From positions 80,508,364 through 80,572,363 of the forward strand of contig NC_068986.1 in NCBI RefSeq assembly GCF_001194135.2: 64,000 nt of DNA, read 5' to 3'. The notes under the pieces were generated by a model. The model was not told the origin of the DNA. It searched no databases and saw nothing but the letters and a program-made list of their open reading frames with translations. The DNA is from Octopus bimaculoides. Taxonomy: Eukaryota. How positions within the stretch are numbered: the first letter of the stretch is position 1; every line of letters starts with the position of its first letter. The translations under genes were made by a program, and so were the position numbers. Shown piece after piece: positions 63,020 through 64,000 of the stretch.

Positions 63020-63955
63020 GTATATCATCATCATCATCATCATCATCATTTGACGCCCGTTTTCCAAGCTGGCATGGGTTGGACAGTTCAACCTGGGGTC
63101 TGGGAGGCCAGGAAGCTACACCAGGCTCCAATCTAATCTGACAGTGTTTCTACAGCTGGATGCTCTTCGTAACACCAACCACTCCGAGAGTGTAGTGGGT
63201 GATTTTTTGCGTGTCACCAGCACAGGGGAAGAGGGGCTGGCATCAACCACGTTTGGATGGTGCTTTTATGTTCCACTGGCACGGGAGCCAGACGGGGCTG
63301 GCATCGACCACGTTTGGATGGTGCTTTTACGTGCCACCTGCAAGGGAGACAGTCAAAGCGGCGCTGGCATCAATCACGTTCGGATGGTGCTTTTTACGTG
63401 CCACCGGCACAGGAGCCAGTCGGGGCGAGAGGGCTGGCATCGACCACTTTTGGATGGTGCTTTTTACGGGCCACTGGTTCGGGGAACCACACCAGCGGCG
63501 CTGGCATCAACCATAACTACAATTTCCATTTGATTGTGGTTTGATTTGATTTTCATCTTGATGTACTTGACTCAATAGGTCTCCTCAAGTACTTTTTAGT
63601 GGGCTGGTTATGTGACACTGGCGTAGGCTACAGCTGTGATCTCACTTTATTTGCCGGGTCTTCTCAGTCACAGCATATCTCCAGCGGTCTCAGTCTTTCA
63701 TCATTGCCTCTGTGAGGCCCAACGTTCGAAGGTCGTGCATCACCACCTCATCCCATGTCTTCCTGGGTCTCCTTCCACCACTGTTTGGGAGTGGCACTTC
63801 TTCACACAGTTTTCCTCATCCATCCGTCGTACATGACCATACCAGCGCAGACGTCTTTCTTGCACACTACATCCAATGCTTCTTATGTCCAACATTTCTC
63901 TCAGGGTGCTTACACTCTGTCGTGTGTGCACACTGACATTACATATCTAGCGGAT
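63020..63955 (-). mobile_element. RTE LINE 3' fragment: ORF end (63600-63955) plus 3' UTR with internal tandem repeats and (gat)n tail
   Basis: [53 protein letters not shown] on the minus strand, contiguous with the shared tail. Confidence 0.85.
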
Positions 63956-64000
63956 TATGCTAGCTTTATTTCTTTCATATATATATATAATATATATATA

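Noticed and set aside
63234-63520. CRISPR-like repeat array
   Set aside because: Eukaryotic context; the units are whole degenerate tandem repeats without unique spacers and lie inside a LINE 3' UTR.

Overview
AT-rich, microsatellite- and transposon-dense animal genomic DNA with five N gaps. The repeat families and gene structure suggest a cephalopod (Octopus-like); this is inference. Two complete spliced genes sit head-to-head. WDR45/WIPI4 (PROPPIN autophagy protein) is on the minus strand with 11 coding exons, 33568->13291, 342 aa. RBM22 (pre-mRNA splicing factor) is on the plus strand with 9 coding exons, 41249->58515, 436 aa. All exons were delimited by hand at GT-AG boundaries with consistent phases. 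The rest is mainly mobile DNA: a decayed LINE RT, a decayed Ty3/Gypsy pol, a non-autonomous Helitron carrying a telomere-like tract, an internally deleted Tc1/mariner, an R4/Dong-type RLE tail, many RTE 3' fragments, three tRNA-headed SINE families and several MITEs. The most notable observations are: (1) a minimal Penelope-type hammerhead ribozyme with a non-canonical core, in sense orientation in RBM22 intron 3; (2) in-frame degenerate repeats of the WDR45 C-terminal motif behind its stop codon; (3) a promoter-like element with a perfect GTCACGTGAC motif and a signal-peptide-like exon, which may mark an unrecognised gene running off the left edge; (4) the Helitron with an internal (TTAGGG)n-like tract. 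I found no clear evidence of a wholly new multi-gene system.
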